Below are positions 25,035-36,980 of a stretch of 64,000 nt of DNA, piece by piece (position 1 is the first letter of the stretch; each line of letters begins with the position of its first letter). The DNA comes from Squalus acanthias (taxonomy: Eukaryota), in assembly GCA_030390025.1 (NCBI GenBank), contig CM059429.1:138570001-138634000 (forward strand), given 5' to 3'. The position numbers and the translations under genes are program-made. The notes beneath the pieces are model-generated. The model was given only the letters and a program-made list of their open reading frames with translations. It was not told where the DNA came from and made no database searches.

Positions 25035-27170
25035 ATGGACTCCTGTTGTGAGGGCCTGGCTGCAGTGTCCCTGGAGGTGGACTACAGAATGCGAGAAGAA
25101 ACCACTCAAGCTGGAAATGGACTCCTCCAAATTTTCCACCATGTTGCTTTGCAGCCCTTCTAATATCTGTGTGAGGCAAGCAGTTTTGTTTACATAGCTG
25201 GACCCCTGAAGTCTGCATCTCTGTCCTGTCGAGCAGAGCTGGGAGAGGACCTCACTCTCACTCATGCTGGGTGCTTCAACATGTACAGAACCCTCTAACT
25301 CACTCTCTGACCCAGTTGAGGTGCCAATCTCTGTGCTAATGCTTGGGAAGGCTGGAACATGTGACAGTGCCTCCTCTGAAGGATTGTCCTCCTCCAAGGT
25401 TTCTTCTTCAGGAGGTTCTTGCTGCAGAGAAAGACCTGGAGGAAAGAGAAAAGGGACAAGAGCTAGCGAGACACTGACAGGCTGGACTGTAGCAAATGTT
25501 GTTGTCATACTGACTGAATGTGCATTTTTCTGAGATACATGAAGATGCACAAGCAACAATCAGAGACTCTGAAGATTTCAGGCTGGGGGCTTATTGGAAC
25601 AATTTGGACAGCTCTCCACAGGGGCCACTGCTGCTCCAGTTCTGACAGGATTGTCAGGTTGGGTGTTCCTCTACTGGTCTACCTCCTCTCCCTGATGTTG
25701 TGTGTTGTTTTCTCCTGCAGAAAGAGAGGGCCAGAGTTAGTAAGTGTGTACTGAAAAGGAGAGTGGCCATGTGTGGGGCTTCTGCTGGTACTGCTCATGC
25801 CAAGAGGGAGAAGAAGCAAGATGAAATCAGGATGGGGAGGTGTTGAATGGAAAGCAAGAGGCTGGAATGTGAAGTGAAGAAGGAGTCATGAGAGAAGTTG
25901 CTGATTCTGTGAATGCTACAATGTGAGTGTTAGATTAATTCTTTATCCATTAAACAGGCTCATATAGCTAGAGACAGTAACATGTTTGATAATTCACTTC
26001 ATTTTTATCGACAAAACATTAATCTTAAACATCCTAACCACCTATGCAGAGTAATGCACATTAGCCCTGTGTCCAAAACTCACATGCATGGACATTAATG
26101 AGCATGATGCGGAGATGCCGGTGTGGGACTGGGGTGGACAAAATTGAGAGGTCGCACAACACCAGGTTATAGTCCAACAGTTTTATTTGAGCACCCATGA
26201 AGATGGCTTCTCCAAGACTGTTCACGCCACTGGGTCTCGAAGGTAGCAAGAGGCTTTTCTTTCTTTCTAAGTAAAAACATGGCATCTCTTTGTACTATTT
26301 CTTTTATGGTTCACTTCCTGCTGGATGCAACCCCATCCGATGTTTAATGACCACCCAGTTGTTTGAATCAATTGCCAAACAGAGTTGAGCGGCCCCATGC
26401 CTTTTCACACCATACTGTTAATTCCTATCATTGATTTTCCCCGAGCCATAGCTTTGTTATAAACAACCTTTGATGCATGTTCTTAAAGCAGCATATTGCC
26501 TTTTATATTACAGCAATCTCCTGCCCTTACACTACCTCCTGCTGTGATGTAAAGCCTGCGTTTTAAAAGTTTGTGCTATCAGCACCATTGACAAGTCTTT
26601 TGAGAACACAATTTAAACCAATTCTGTCTACATTACTGTTTTGTCTTTGTTAGAAATAAAAGTAATGTAAAAACACATTGATATTCTCACAGAGAGAACA
26701 AAATGCTGTTAGTGGCTACTGTGAAGGAAACAAGTAAGAGGTGAGAGTATGCTTGGAATGAGAATAAGATGTGATACAGTGTGCCCTTGTGATGGATGGT
26801 GAAGGATGTGATGCAGAGGAGGGAATTGTTCAGAGTGCTGGGGAAGGGGGAAGCACTGTTGCCAAGTGATATGCAGAGAGATGGAGAACTGAAGAGCTGT
26901 ACTTACCCTTGCTATCTTGTGAGGTAATTGAAGTGCTTCCTGCACTGGATTCAGGTCCTGAGGGTAATACTCCTGGTGCTGATTCTCTCAACTACATCTC
27001 TCCAGGCCGAATGAACATCCATTTTTGGAATCTTCCTGCCATTGGTGGGAGAAAGCATTTCACTTCTCATCCTCACCCCTTTGACCATGAGCTCCAGGGA
27101 GGCTTCAGGAGGCTGGCCTGCGACTCATTTCTTACCAAATTCCTTCTTGCAACAATAAAACAGCTAAACC
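25035..27170 (-). pseudogene. Spliced Harbinger Myb/SANT-like gene remnant
   Basis: Minus-strand exon ending ...IQCRKHFNYLTR with donor GTAAGT at 26906. The next exon from 25714 (CTGCAG|GAG) reads EKTTHNIRERR.TSRGTPNLTILSELEQ. Then an acidic exon (ORF 24975-25559). Contains stops. Confidence 0.55.
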
Positions 27171-30100
27171 AACCAGAAGAGAATGCAGCCGCCCTTTAAG
27201 AGATTGATTTCCGCTTTAAATAGATCTCGACATAAATCCCGCCCGGAATGTGGGCGAGCTTCTTGTTCCCGAAATGATTCGATGGGGAAACCCACCATTC
27301 GAATTGAAATTAGGTTTGGCACAGCCAGTGTCTGAGCAGTGAATGACTGACCCCAACTTCAGGATTTCCACGTTAGGATGTGCATGCGCTACATCCTGAA
27401 GTCGTGGTCAGTTTCAGAGGAGTAATAACAGCAAATGCTGTTCGTTCGCTGTTATTACCCACTGCAAATTCCAGGCCCATATAGTACAAACCTAAAATAA
27501 AATTAATATGGGCTGAGCTTTTCACACTGTGCTTAAGTGAATCACATTTGTCTATAAATTCAGCCACACAGTACCCGTTTTCCGGGTGCTAACTGGCTTA
27601 CTAAGCCCCCATATGCTGGGCAAGAAGCGAGCACACATTTCCGTTTGGAAGTGCACCGCTGCCATATTGGGAAAGGAAAAAAAATAGGTGCCAGGGCCCA
27701 GGCCTGAAGCAGGCGTTAGGTCCCTAATTTGCATATGTCACTTGAAGATTGGTTTGCCCTGAATGCAGCCCACTCCAGCATTGGCTGCACTCAGTGAAAC
27801 CAGGCCTTGGGACTAGCTGTGACCAACAAGGTAAGTCTTTCACATCTACTTACCTGAACATGGAGCCCAGAGAAGCAGGAGTGCTCCTTCCGACCTCACA
27901 TTTAACGAAAGCTCACCGCCACTCCCGACACCCCCACTGATCAGCGCCAATCCCGAACCCGCGATCGCCACCGTTCCCAACTCCCAACCACCGCCCCCAC
28001 CCCCCCTACCCGGTGGCCTCCTCCACCCCGACTCCCTTGGCCTCCTATCCCAATCCCTGGCCTCCACTCCCATCCACCCCCCCGGCCTCCGATCCCTCCC
28101 CTGGCCTTCTTTCTCTCCCCTACCCCATCCTCCATCCGCCCTCAGATTCCAATCTCAGCCTCCTTCCCCAACCCTCGTTCTCCCGATCCCCGGACCGACC
28201 CCGACCCCTTGACCCTGGGCCTGGGTGAGCCCGAATTTCTAGGCCACTGAGTCCAATAAAAAATATTTATTATCTTATAAAAAAAAAGAGCTTGCATGAG
28301 TTGGAGGAGATGGGTGGCAAAACACCATTCGAACTAATTTCTGTGATTCAATGTTGGTTATGCATTTCAGCAGAGCTGAGGCTAACCACAAAGAAAACAT
28401 TCTTTCCATTCAGACTATGACTGAAGTCACAACACAGTAAAAACAAAACTAATGACAAGGACTGAGTTAGTCTGGCAAGACTGACCACAATAAAAACACT
28501 TCCTGTGCTTCTGACCCTTCATAGAACCAGTCTCAAGCACCAAGCGACAAACAGCTTAATACACACAGCAATCCTTATCAGCTTGTGGTAAGTATTTACA
28601 GCCCAGCTAAGGCTATAGATGAAAGCTTGGCTACAAGTGTACAATTCATTCGATGGAATGTACGTAGGAAGTATATAGTTAGTCACAAATTGAAACTTGT
28701 TTTTAAAAAGCTTTTAGAGGTTTAGATTTAAGGACATTCTATGTGTGATTTTTCAGGACTTTTCAAAATGCTATTAGCAAGCGACTAAGGAAGACATTGT
28801 GAACTGTTCTTGACTCTAAATGGGTGGTAATATGACCCTGGCACAGCACTTCCAGTGCCACTGCTGCTCAGGTGCTTTGTGCACCTGTGTAGGAATGAGT
28901 TGACTTTGCCAAATAATCCAATTATTTGAATCTTTTTCCGGTGCCTGGGTGTGTCGCTTATGACATGCCAGGAGCACCAGAAGAGACGGGAGCCAGAATT
29001 CCAGGCCAATTGTGCCTTTTCGGGGCCAGGATATTTTGTTAGAACCTGTAGATGGGGCTGATGTATGCCAGGGTTGTGCTTGTGGAAATGTTTGGCCATA
29101 TCTGGGGACTCAGTGCACTTATTGGAAAAAAATTACATTGTAATAAATCATTGGATTATTTGATGGAAGGATTGTTTGGTGTTTGGTTACCTTGTGTGAC
29201 AATGGGTCACAGGTATTACACTGATGTTGAGGTTTAGGATGTAATAGCTAACTGTGAGGGCCAAGGATTTTATTTAGACAGTAGAGGATTTGGTGACAGG
29301 AACGGTAGCATAGTGGTTATGTTACTGGACTAGAAATCCAGAGGCCTGGACTAATGATCCTGAGATATGAGTTCAAATCCCACCATAGCAGCTGGGGAAT
29401 TTAAATTCAGTTAATTAAATAAATCTGGAATAAAAAGCTAGTATCAGTAATGGTAACCATGAAACTATTGGATTGTCGTAAAAACCCATCTGGTTCGCTA
29501 ATGTACTTTAGGGAGGAAATCTGCCATCCTTAACTGGTCTGGCCTATATGTGACTCTTAACTGCCCTCTGAAATGGCCTAGCATTCAACTCAGTTGTAAA
29601 AAAAAACTGCTATGAAAAACAATAAGAACAAAACCGGATGGACCACTTGGCACTGGGTACGGACACGACAATGGCACACCCAGCCCAGTCGACCCTGCAA
29701 AGTCCTCCTCACCAACATCTGGGGACTTGTGCCAAAATTGGGGGAGCTGTCCCACAGACTAGTCAAGCGACAGCCTGACATAATCATACCTTTCAGCCAA
29801 TGTCCCAAACTCCTCCATCACCATCCCTGGGTATGTCCTGTCCCACCGGCAGGACAGACCCACCAGGGGTGGCGGCACAGTGGTATACAGTTGGAAAAGA
29901 GTGGCCCTGGGAATCCTCAACATTGACTCCGGACACCATGAAGTCTCAGAGCTTCAGGTCAAGCATGGGCAAGGAAACCTCGTGCTGATTACCACCTACC
30001 GCCCTCCCTCAGCTGATGAATCAGTACTCCTCCATGTTGAACACCACTTGGAAGAAGCAATGAGGGTAGCAAGGGCACAGATGTACTCTGGACTTCAAGG

Positions 30101-31420
30101 TTCATCACCAAGAGTGGCTCAGTAGCACCACACTGCTGGCCGAGTCCTGAAGACATAGCTGCCAGTCTGGGCCTGCGACAGGTGGTGAGAGAACCAACAC
30201 GAGGGAAAAACCTACTTTACCTTGTCCTCACCAATCTACCTGTCACAGATGCATCTGCCCACGACAGCATTGGTAGCAGTGACCACCGCACAGTCATTGT
30301 GGAGATGAAGACCCTCCATCGTGTTGTGTGGCACTACCACCGTGCTAAATGGGATAGATTCAGAACAGAACAGCTCAAAACTGTGGGGCAGCAGCAGAAT
30401 TGTATTCCAACACGATCTGTAACCTCATGGCCTGACATATCCCTCACTCAACCATTACCATCAAGCCAGGGGACCAACCTTGGTTCAATAAGGAGTGTAG
30501 AAGAGCATGCCAGGAGCAGCACCAGGCGTACCTAAAAATGTGGTGCCAACCTGGGGAAGCTGCAACACAGGACTACATGCATGCTAAAAAGCAGAAGCAG
30601 CATGCTATAGCCAGAGCTAAGCGATTCCACAATCAACGTATCAGATCAAAGCTCTACAGTCCTTCCACATCCAGTCGTGAATGGTGGTGGACCATTAAAC
30701 AACTAACGGGAGGAGGAGGCTACATGAATATCCCCATCCTCAATGATGATGGAGCCCAGCACGTGAGTGCAAAAGACAAGGCTGAAGCATTTGCAACCAT
30801 CTTCAGCCAGAAGTGCTGAGTGGATGATCCATATCGGCCTACTCCTGAGGTCCCCACCACCACAGAAGCCAGTCTTCGGCCAATTCGATTCACTCCACAT
30901 GATATCAAGAAACGGCTGAGCGCACTGGATACAGCAAAGGCTGTGGGCCCCAACAACATCCCGGCTATCGTGCTGAAGACTTGTGCTCCAGAACTAGCCA
31001 CACCTCTAGCCCAGCTGTTCCAGTACAGCTATAACACTGGCATCTATCCGACAATGCGGAAAACTGCCCAGGTATGTCCTGTCCACAGAAAGCAGGACAA
31101 ATCCAATCCATCCAATTATCGCCCCATCAGTCTACTCTCAATCATCAGCAAAGTGATGGAAGGTGTCATCGACAGTGCTAACAAGCAGCACCTGCTCACT
31201 GATGCCCAGTTTGGGTTCCGCCAGGACCACTCGGCTCCAGACCTCATTACAACCTTGGTGCAAACATGGACAAAAGAACTGAATTCCAGAAGTGAGGTGA
31301 GAGTGACTGCCCTTGACATCAAGGCAGCATTTGACCGAGTGTGGCATCAAGGAGCCCTAGTAAAACTGAAGTCAATGGGAATCAGGGGGAAAACTCTCCA
31401 CTGGCTAGACTCATATCTAG

Positions 31421-31635
31421 TGTCATAAATCGCAAGTAACAACTCAGGAAGTACTACTGGGCGGCCAGCTGGGGCGCCGTTCAGGGAGTATAAATACTCA
31501 GGCATGGGCCCACCTTGGGCAGAGACAATCTGGAAACAGGAAGCTAGTGACTGCTAACTAGACCTCCATGTTTTGTTACAAGTTGATTAAAGCCTTGCTT
31601 TATGTTCAAGTGCGTAGTGAGTCTTTATTACGTCA
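31421..31635 (+). repeat. 5' LTR of Gypsy element
   Basis: TG...CA; TATAAA near 31489; ATTAAA at 31586-31591. Confidence 0.95.
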
Positions 31636-31727
31636 ATTTAATCAACTTGATATCGTCTCCACGCTTTGGGTGATTCGGAACAACCAGCTGCAACTCGAAC
31701 CACAGAAGGGCAAGAAACTGATCCATC

Positions 31728-33593
31728 ATGGAAAAACTCCTTAGACCCGCTCGTCTCGACCTGGACCCGAATGCACCTGCGGCAGCAAAGGTATGGAAGC
31801 ATTGGTTTCGTACCTTTAGCAACTTTCTTGAAGAATGTGGGGCGGATGTCCCTAATAAGTTACGAATGCTTATCAACTACGTGTCTCCTCATGTGTATGA
31901 TTATATTGAGGACTGTATAGACTATGACACTGCTATCGAAATCTTACAGCAGCTATATGTCAAGTCCACAAATGAAATCTTTGCTCGACACCTACTGGCT
32001 ACAACTCGGCAGCAGCCTGGGGAATCACTCGATGAATTTCTCCAGAAACTTCGCAGGCTCAGCAAGGATTGTAACCTTAAAGCAGTTTCAGCTGAACAGT
32101 ATCAAGAGGAACTAATCCGCTATTCCTTTATCAATGGAATCGCGTCCCCTTTTATACGTCAGCGCCTGCTGGAAAATAAAACCCTCAATTTACGGGCTGC
32201 TTATGACCAGGCGTGTTCCTTGGACTTGGCCAAGAAAAATGCAGACACTTATCTCCCACCACGTGCACGGGCGGCGGCTATCTCCTTTAATGAGTCTTTC
32301 GGTAGGTCTCGGGCGGATGCCCCCACTGATGTTGACTCTACTCTAACAGACGACAACCCTACCCTAGAGGCCTTCGCTGATGACGACCCCGCCCTAGCAG
32401 CATCCTGGCAATCAGGGAGAAAGTGTTTCTTTTGTGGAGGGGCGTGCCATCACAGAAAATTTTGCCCGGCTCGTAATGTGACCTGCAATCATTGCAGCAA
32501 GAAAGGACACTTTTCCAAGGTATGCCAGTCACGGGCCTTTGCTAACAAGAAAGGCCGCTCCTCTAAAGTATACCGGTCGAGAGCTCCTGTTAGCTTCACA
32601 GCTGCTATCTATGGAGCTGCTCCTCCCCCAAGAACTACTGTTAAGGCTACAGTTGCCGAAGGGAAAATTGCCCCTCCTCCCATCACGGCTGTTTTTCCCC
32701 AAAGTTTGTCCCATGCAGCCACGAAGGTTTCAGTAAATGGGCACACTCTAAGCGCGCTAATCGACTCCTGCAGCTCTGACAGCTTCATTAGTAAGCGGGC
32801 TGTCAACAGGTTAAAACTGCACATTTATCCCTCGGACAGGGAGATTGCAATGGCTCTGACGACTCTGACCACCAATTCTTCTGGCTTCTGTCTGGTCAAC
32901 CTCATCCTCAACGGCCGCACGTATCTCTCCACCCGGCTCGGAGTACTCGCAAACTTATGCAGCGATGTGCTTCTGGGACAGGACTTCCAGAAGCAGCACA
33001 AGAAGATCACTTTTGAGTTTGGAGGGTCAAGGCCGGAGCTTACCATTTCTAAGGTGCCGTTTTGTGCACTCTCGGCGGCCTTACTCGGTGAACCCTCCCT
33101 GTTTGCCAATCTTCCCCCCCGCTGTAAACCCATAGCCACCAAATCGCGGCGCTTTAGCCAAGATGATCGAGCGTTTATTGAGGCGGAAATCTCTCGCCTT
33201 TTAGTCGACGGTATTATCGAGCCATGTTCATCTCCCTGGCGGGCTCAGGTCGTCATCGTGAGGAATCCCTTAAAACAACATAAAAAACGTCTGTGTATCG
33301 ATTATTCGCAGACTATTAATCTATATACCGATCTGGATGCCTACCCGCTGCCACGCATAGATGACATGGTCAACAACCTTGCCAAATACAAGGTATTCTC
33401 GACCTTCGATTTAAAAAGCGCGTACCATCAGGTGCCACTGCAAGACTCCGACAAGAAGTATACGGCCTTTGAGGCCAATGGTCGGCTTTTCCAGTTTCGC
33501 CGCCTTCCAACGGGCCATGGATGGCCTAGTCCGGCAAGAGAACTTGACGGATACCTTTCCGTATTTAGACAATATCACTATTGCCGGCCATGA
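31728..33593 (+). CDS. Gypsy gag-protease-RT N-terminal part
   Basis: Two CX2CX4HX4C knuckles (CFFCGGACHHRKFC, CNHCSKKGHFSKVC), protease LIDSCS, RT motifs SPW, RLCIDY, DAYPLPRI, FDLKSAYHQV. Frame breaks after FRRLP. Confidence 0.9.
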   Translation: MEKLLRPARLDLDPNAPAAAKVWKHWFRTFSNFLEECGADVPNKLRMLINYVSPHVYDYIEDCIDYDTAIEILQQLYVKSTNEIFARHLLATTRQQPGESLDEFLQKLRRLSKDCNLKAVSAEQYQEELIRYSFINGIASPFIRQRLLENKTLNLRAAYDQACSLDLAKKNADTYLPPRARAAAISFNESFGRSRADAPTDVDSTLTDDNPTLEAFADDDPALAASWQSGRKCFFCGGACHHRKFCPARNVTCNHCSKKGHFSKVCQSRAFANKKGRSSKVYRSRAPVSFTAAIYGAAPPPRTTVKATVAEGKIAPPPITAVFPQSLSHAATKVSVNGHTLSALIDSCSSDSFISKRAVNRLKLHIYPSDREIAMALTTLTTNSSGFCLVNLILNGRTYLSTRLGVLANLCSDVLLGQDFQKQHKKITFEFGGSRPELTISKVPFCALSAALLGEPSLFANLPPRCKPIATKSRRFSQDDRAFIEAEISRLLVDGIIEPCSSPWRAQVVIVRNPLKQHKKRLCIDYSQTINLYTDLDAYPLPRIDDMVNNLAKYKVFSTFDLKSAYHQVPLQDSDKKYTAFEANGRLFQFRRLPTGHGWPSPARELDGYLSVFRQYHYCRP

Positions 33594-35637
33594 TCAAAAG
33601 GAGCATGACGCCAATCTTCAGAGATTTTTTGACGTACTCCGCCGTCGCCACTTAACGTTAAACGAATCCAAATCGGTGAAGTCGGTGCCATCGGTGAACA
33701 TTCTTGGCTACTGGGTGGGCAACGGTGTTATTAAACCGGACCCAGAGCGACTTCGTCCACTTCAGGAGCTCCCTCCCCCGACGAACCTCGGCTCTCTTCG
33801 TCGGGCACTTGGCATGTTTGCTTATTACGCAAAATGGATACCACACTTCTCCGATAAAATACAGCCCCTGCTCCATGCGAAGTCTTTTCCATTGGAAGCT
33901 ACGGCTATTTCTGCCTTCAACCTCCTCAAACGACAGCTGGAGAAAGCCACGCTTCGCTCCATTGACGAAAATCTTCCTTTTGTGGTCGAATGCGATGCAT
34001 CGGAGGTGGCGATCTCCGCTACCTTGAATCAAGGTGGCCGACCCGTGGCATTCCTATCCAGAACCTTGCAGGGTAGCGAGCTCCATTACCCCCCCGTCGA
34101 GAAGGAGGCTACGGCCATCATCGAGGCTGTACGCCAATGGGGTCATTTTCTTGCTCGGCGTCATTTTACGCTTATAACTGACCAGCGCTCTGTGGCCTTC
34201 ATGTTGGATAACCGGAGGCGCACGAAAATCAAAAATAATAAAATTCAACTCTGGAGGATGGAGCTGGCTGCCTTTGGATATACTATCTGTTACCGACCCG
34301 GCAAACAGAACGTGGCTCCAGATACCTTCACACGGGCATTTTGCTCCTCAATGTCAACGTCGACTCTGGCGGATTTGCATATGGACTTATGCCATCCTGG
34401 TGTGACCCGCATGTTGCACTTTGTGCGCTCCAAAAATCTACCATTTTCAACCGAGGACGTAAAGAAAACATGCTCCTCCTGTAGGATTTGTGCAGAATTG
34501 AAACCACAATTCTTTCGCCCATCAGATGGCTTACTCATACATGCAATGCAGCCTATGCAGAGGCTCAGCATAGACTTTAAAGGGCCATTGCCTTCGTTGA
34601 CAAGGAACACCTACCTACTTACGATGGTGGACGAGTATTCACGCTTTCCCTTCGCCTTCCCCTGCCCTAATATGCTTACCTCTACGGTAATTAAATGCCT
34701 CGATCAGGTCTTTTCCCTTTGCGGGACGGCCAATTTTATCCACACTGATCGGGGTCCCTCCTTTATGTCGAGTGAACTTAAAAGTTATCTCTCCCAACGG
34801 GGAATCGCCTCAAGTAGGACGACACCATATCACCCAATCGGTAACGGACAGGTTGAACGATACAATGCCATCATCTGGAACGCTGTCCGTCTGGCACTAA
34901 GGTCACGCAACCTGCCGGACCAGCAGTGGGAAACGGTGCTCCCCGACGCGTTACACTCTATCAGGTCTCTTCTCTCCACATCTACTAATGTCACGCCTCA
35001 TGAGCGATTCTTCAAATTCCGGCGTCGCTCTACACATGAGACCTCTCTACCGTCATGGTTGGTGGCTCCAGGCCCGGTACTACTCCGGAGGTTCGTCCGG
35101 TCTGCCAAAAACGACCCTCTCGTTGACGAGGTGGAGTTAACGGAGGTAAACCCCACGTATGCGCACGTACGGTACCCTGATGGCCGGGAGACCACCGTCT
35201 CGCTCCGAGATCTGGCTCCCTGCCCAACCGGTCACACGGGCCCGAATGATGAAGGATCCCCCGACAATGATATCAACACTCCGCACCCCTATGAAAATGA
35301 CGCCCCGCCTGGGACATCGGGGGATCTGCCGGCAACGCTACCGGATCAACTCAGGGAGCTGGACGCTCCCCGTAGGATGGCCACCCGAAACCAGGACGCC
35401 GGACAATCTCCAGCCACGACCCGGGATGAGGCCAGCTCCGCACCTGTGGGGACCCGCACCCGGAGTCATGATATTCCCAGTCCTCCACAGGATGATCAAG
35501 ATGACGCGGACTCTACTGACTTACCGGTACGGGCCAAGCGACCCAGGGACCAGGACACGGTCCGGGGAGACGTGCCTTCCAGTCACAAGCAGAGAGCTAA
35601 ACGTCTGCGGCTATTTCTGGTCCGCCTAGTCCGTTAA
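33469..35637 (+). CDS. Gypsy RT C-terminal part, RNase H and integrase
   Basis: FQRAMD, YLDN, RNase H ECDAS/EKEA/ITDQ, integrase HHCC and D(IDF)-D(TDRG)-E(VER). Confidence 0.9.
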   Translation: MRPMVGFSSFAAFQRAMDGLVRQENLTDTFPYLDNITIAGHDQKEHDANLQRFFDVLRRRHLTLNESKSVKSVPSVNILGYWVGNGVIKPDPERLRPLQELPPPTNLGSLRRALGMFAYYAKWIPHFSDKIQPLLHAKSFPLEATAISAFNLLKRQLEKATLRSIDENLPFVVECDASEVAISATLNQGGRPVAFLSRTLQGSELHYPPVEKEATAIIEAVRQWGHFLARRHFTLITDQRSVAFMLDNRRRTKIKNNKIQLWRMELAAFGYTICYRPGKQNVAPDTFTRAFCSSMSTSTLADLHMDLCHPGVTRMLHFVRSKNLPFSTEDVKKTCSSCRICAELKPQFFRPSDGLLIHAMQPMQRLSIDFKGPLPSLTRNTYLLTMVDEYSRFPFAFPCPNMLTSTVIKCLDQVFSLCGTANFIHTDRGPSFMSSELKSYLSQRGIASSRTTPYHPIGNGQVERYNAIIWNAVRLALRSRNLPDQQWETVLPDALHSIRSLLSTSTNVTPHERFFKFRRRSTHETSLPSWLVAPGPVLLRRFVRSAKNDPLVDEVELTEVNPTYAHVRYPDGRETTVSLRDLAPCPTGHTGPNDEGSPDNDINTPHPYENDAPPGTSGDLPATLPDQLRELDAPRRMATRNQDAGQSPATTRDEASSAPVGTRTRSHDIPSPPQDDQDDADSTDLPVRAKRPRDQDTVRGDVPSSHKQRAKRLRLFLVRLVR

Positions 35638-35675
35638 AGGAAGACTGGACTTCCAAACCTTTTAGGGAGGAAGAA

Positions 35676-35890
35676 TGTCATAAATCGCAAGTAACAACTC
35701 AGGAAGTACTACTGGGCGGCCAGCTGGGGCGCCGTTCAGGGAGTATAAATACTCAGGCATGGGCCCACCTTGGGCAGAGACAATCTGGAAACAGGAAGCT
35801 AGTGACTGCTAACTAGACCTCCATGTTTTGTTACAAGTTGATTAAAGCCTTGCTTTATGTTCAAGTGCGTAGTGAGTCTTTATTACGTCA
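35676..35890 (+). repeat. 3' LTR of Gypsy element
   Basis: Same 215 bp as 31421-31635. Confidence 0.95.
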
Positions 35891-36980
35891 CCTAGCACAA
35901 AGGAAGATGGTTGTGGTGGTTGGAGGTCAATCATCACAGCCCCAGGACAGTGCTGCAGGAGTTCCTCAGGGCAGTGTTCTAGGCCCAACCATCTTCAGCT
36001 GCTTCATCAATGACCTTCCCTCCATCATAAGGTCAGAAGTGGGGATGTTCGCTGATGACTGCACAGTGTTCAGTGCCATTTGCAACTCCTCAGATAATGA
36101 AGCATCTATGCCCGCATGCAGCAAAACCTGGACGATATTCAGGCTTGGGCCGATAAGTGGCAGGTAACATTCACGCCACACAAGTGCCAGGCAATGACTA
36201 TCTCAACAAGCGAGTGTCTAACCACCACCCCTTGACATTCAACGGCATTACCATTGCCGAATCCCCCACCATCAATATCCTGGGGATCACCATTGACCAG
36301 AAACATAACTGGACCAGCCACATAAATACTGTGGCAACAGGAGCAGGTCAGAGGCTGGATATTCTGCGGCGAGTGTCTCACCTCCTGACTCCCCAAAGCC
36401 TTTCCACCATCTTCAAGGCACAAGTCAGGAGTGTGATGGAATACTCTCCACTTGCTTGGATGAGTGCAGCTCCAACAACACTCATGAAGCTCGACACCAT
36501 CCAAGCCAAAGCAGCCCGCTTGATTGGCACCCCATCCACCACCTTAAACATTCACTCCCTCCACCATCGGCGTACCGTGGCTGCAGTGTGTACCATCTAC
36601 AAAATGCACTGCAGCAACTCGCCAAGGCTTCTTCGGCAGCACCTCCCAAACCCGCGACCTCTACCACCTAGGAGGACACGGGCAGCAGGCGCGTGGGAAC
36701 AACATCACCTAAAAGTTCCCCTCCAAGTCACACACCATCCTGACTTGGAAATATATCCTTCATCGTCGCTGGGTCAAAATCCAGGAACTCCCTCCCTAAC
36801 AGCATTACGGGAGTACCTTCACATATGGATTGCTGCGGTTCATGAAGGCGGCTCATCACCACCTTCTCAAGGGCAATTAGGGATGGGCAATAAATGCTGG
36901 CCTTGTCAGCGACGCCCACATCCCATGAATGAATAAAAAAAAAGGAGGTTGATTTTGACTTCCAAATAATGTTGCTCTAT

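Larger units (their letters stand above)
31421..35890 (+). mobile_element. Complete Ty3/Gypsy LTR retrotransposon (Mag-like lineage), very young
   Basis: Two 215-bp LTRs TGTCA...CGTCA, identical on base-by-base reading. PPT AGGGAGGAAGAA just before the 3' LTR. TSD TCTAG/CCTAG. Order gag-PR-RT-RH-IN. Confidence 0.95.
29299..36943 (+). mobile_element. Near full-length CR1/L2-group LINE with tRNA-derived 5' head (APE + RT), split by a Gypsy insertion at 31421-35890
   Basis: Box A TAGCATAGTGG at 29306, box B GTTCAAATCC at 29371. APE motifs NIWGLVPKLGEL, QDRPTRGGG, SSDH. RT motifs NYRPISLL, LDIKAAFDRVWH | [15 protein letters not shown]. 3' tail ...CCCATGAATGAATAAAAAAAAA. Frameshifted. Confidence 0.88.
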
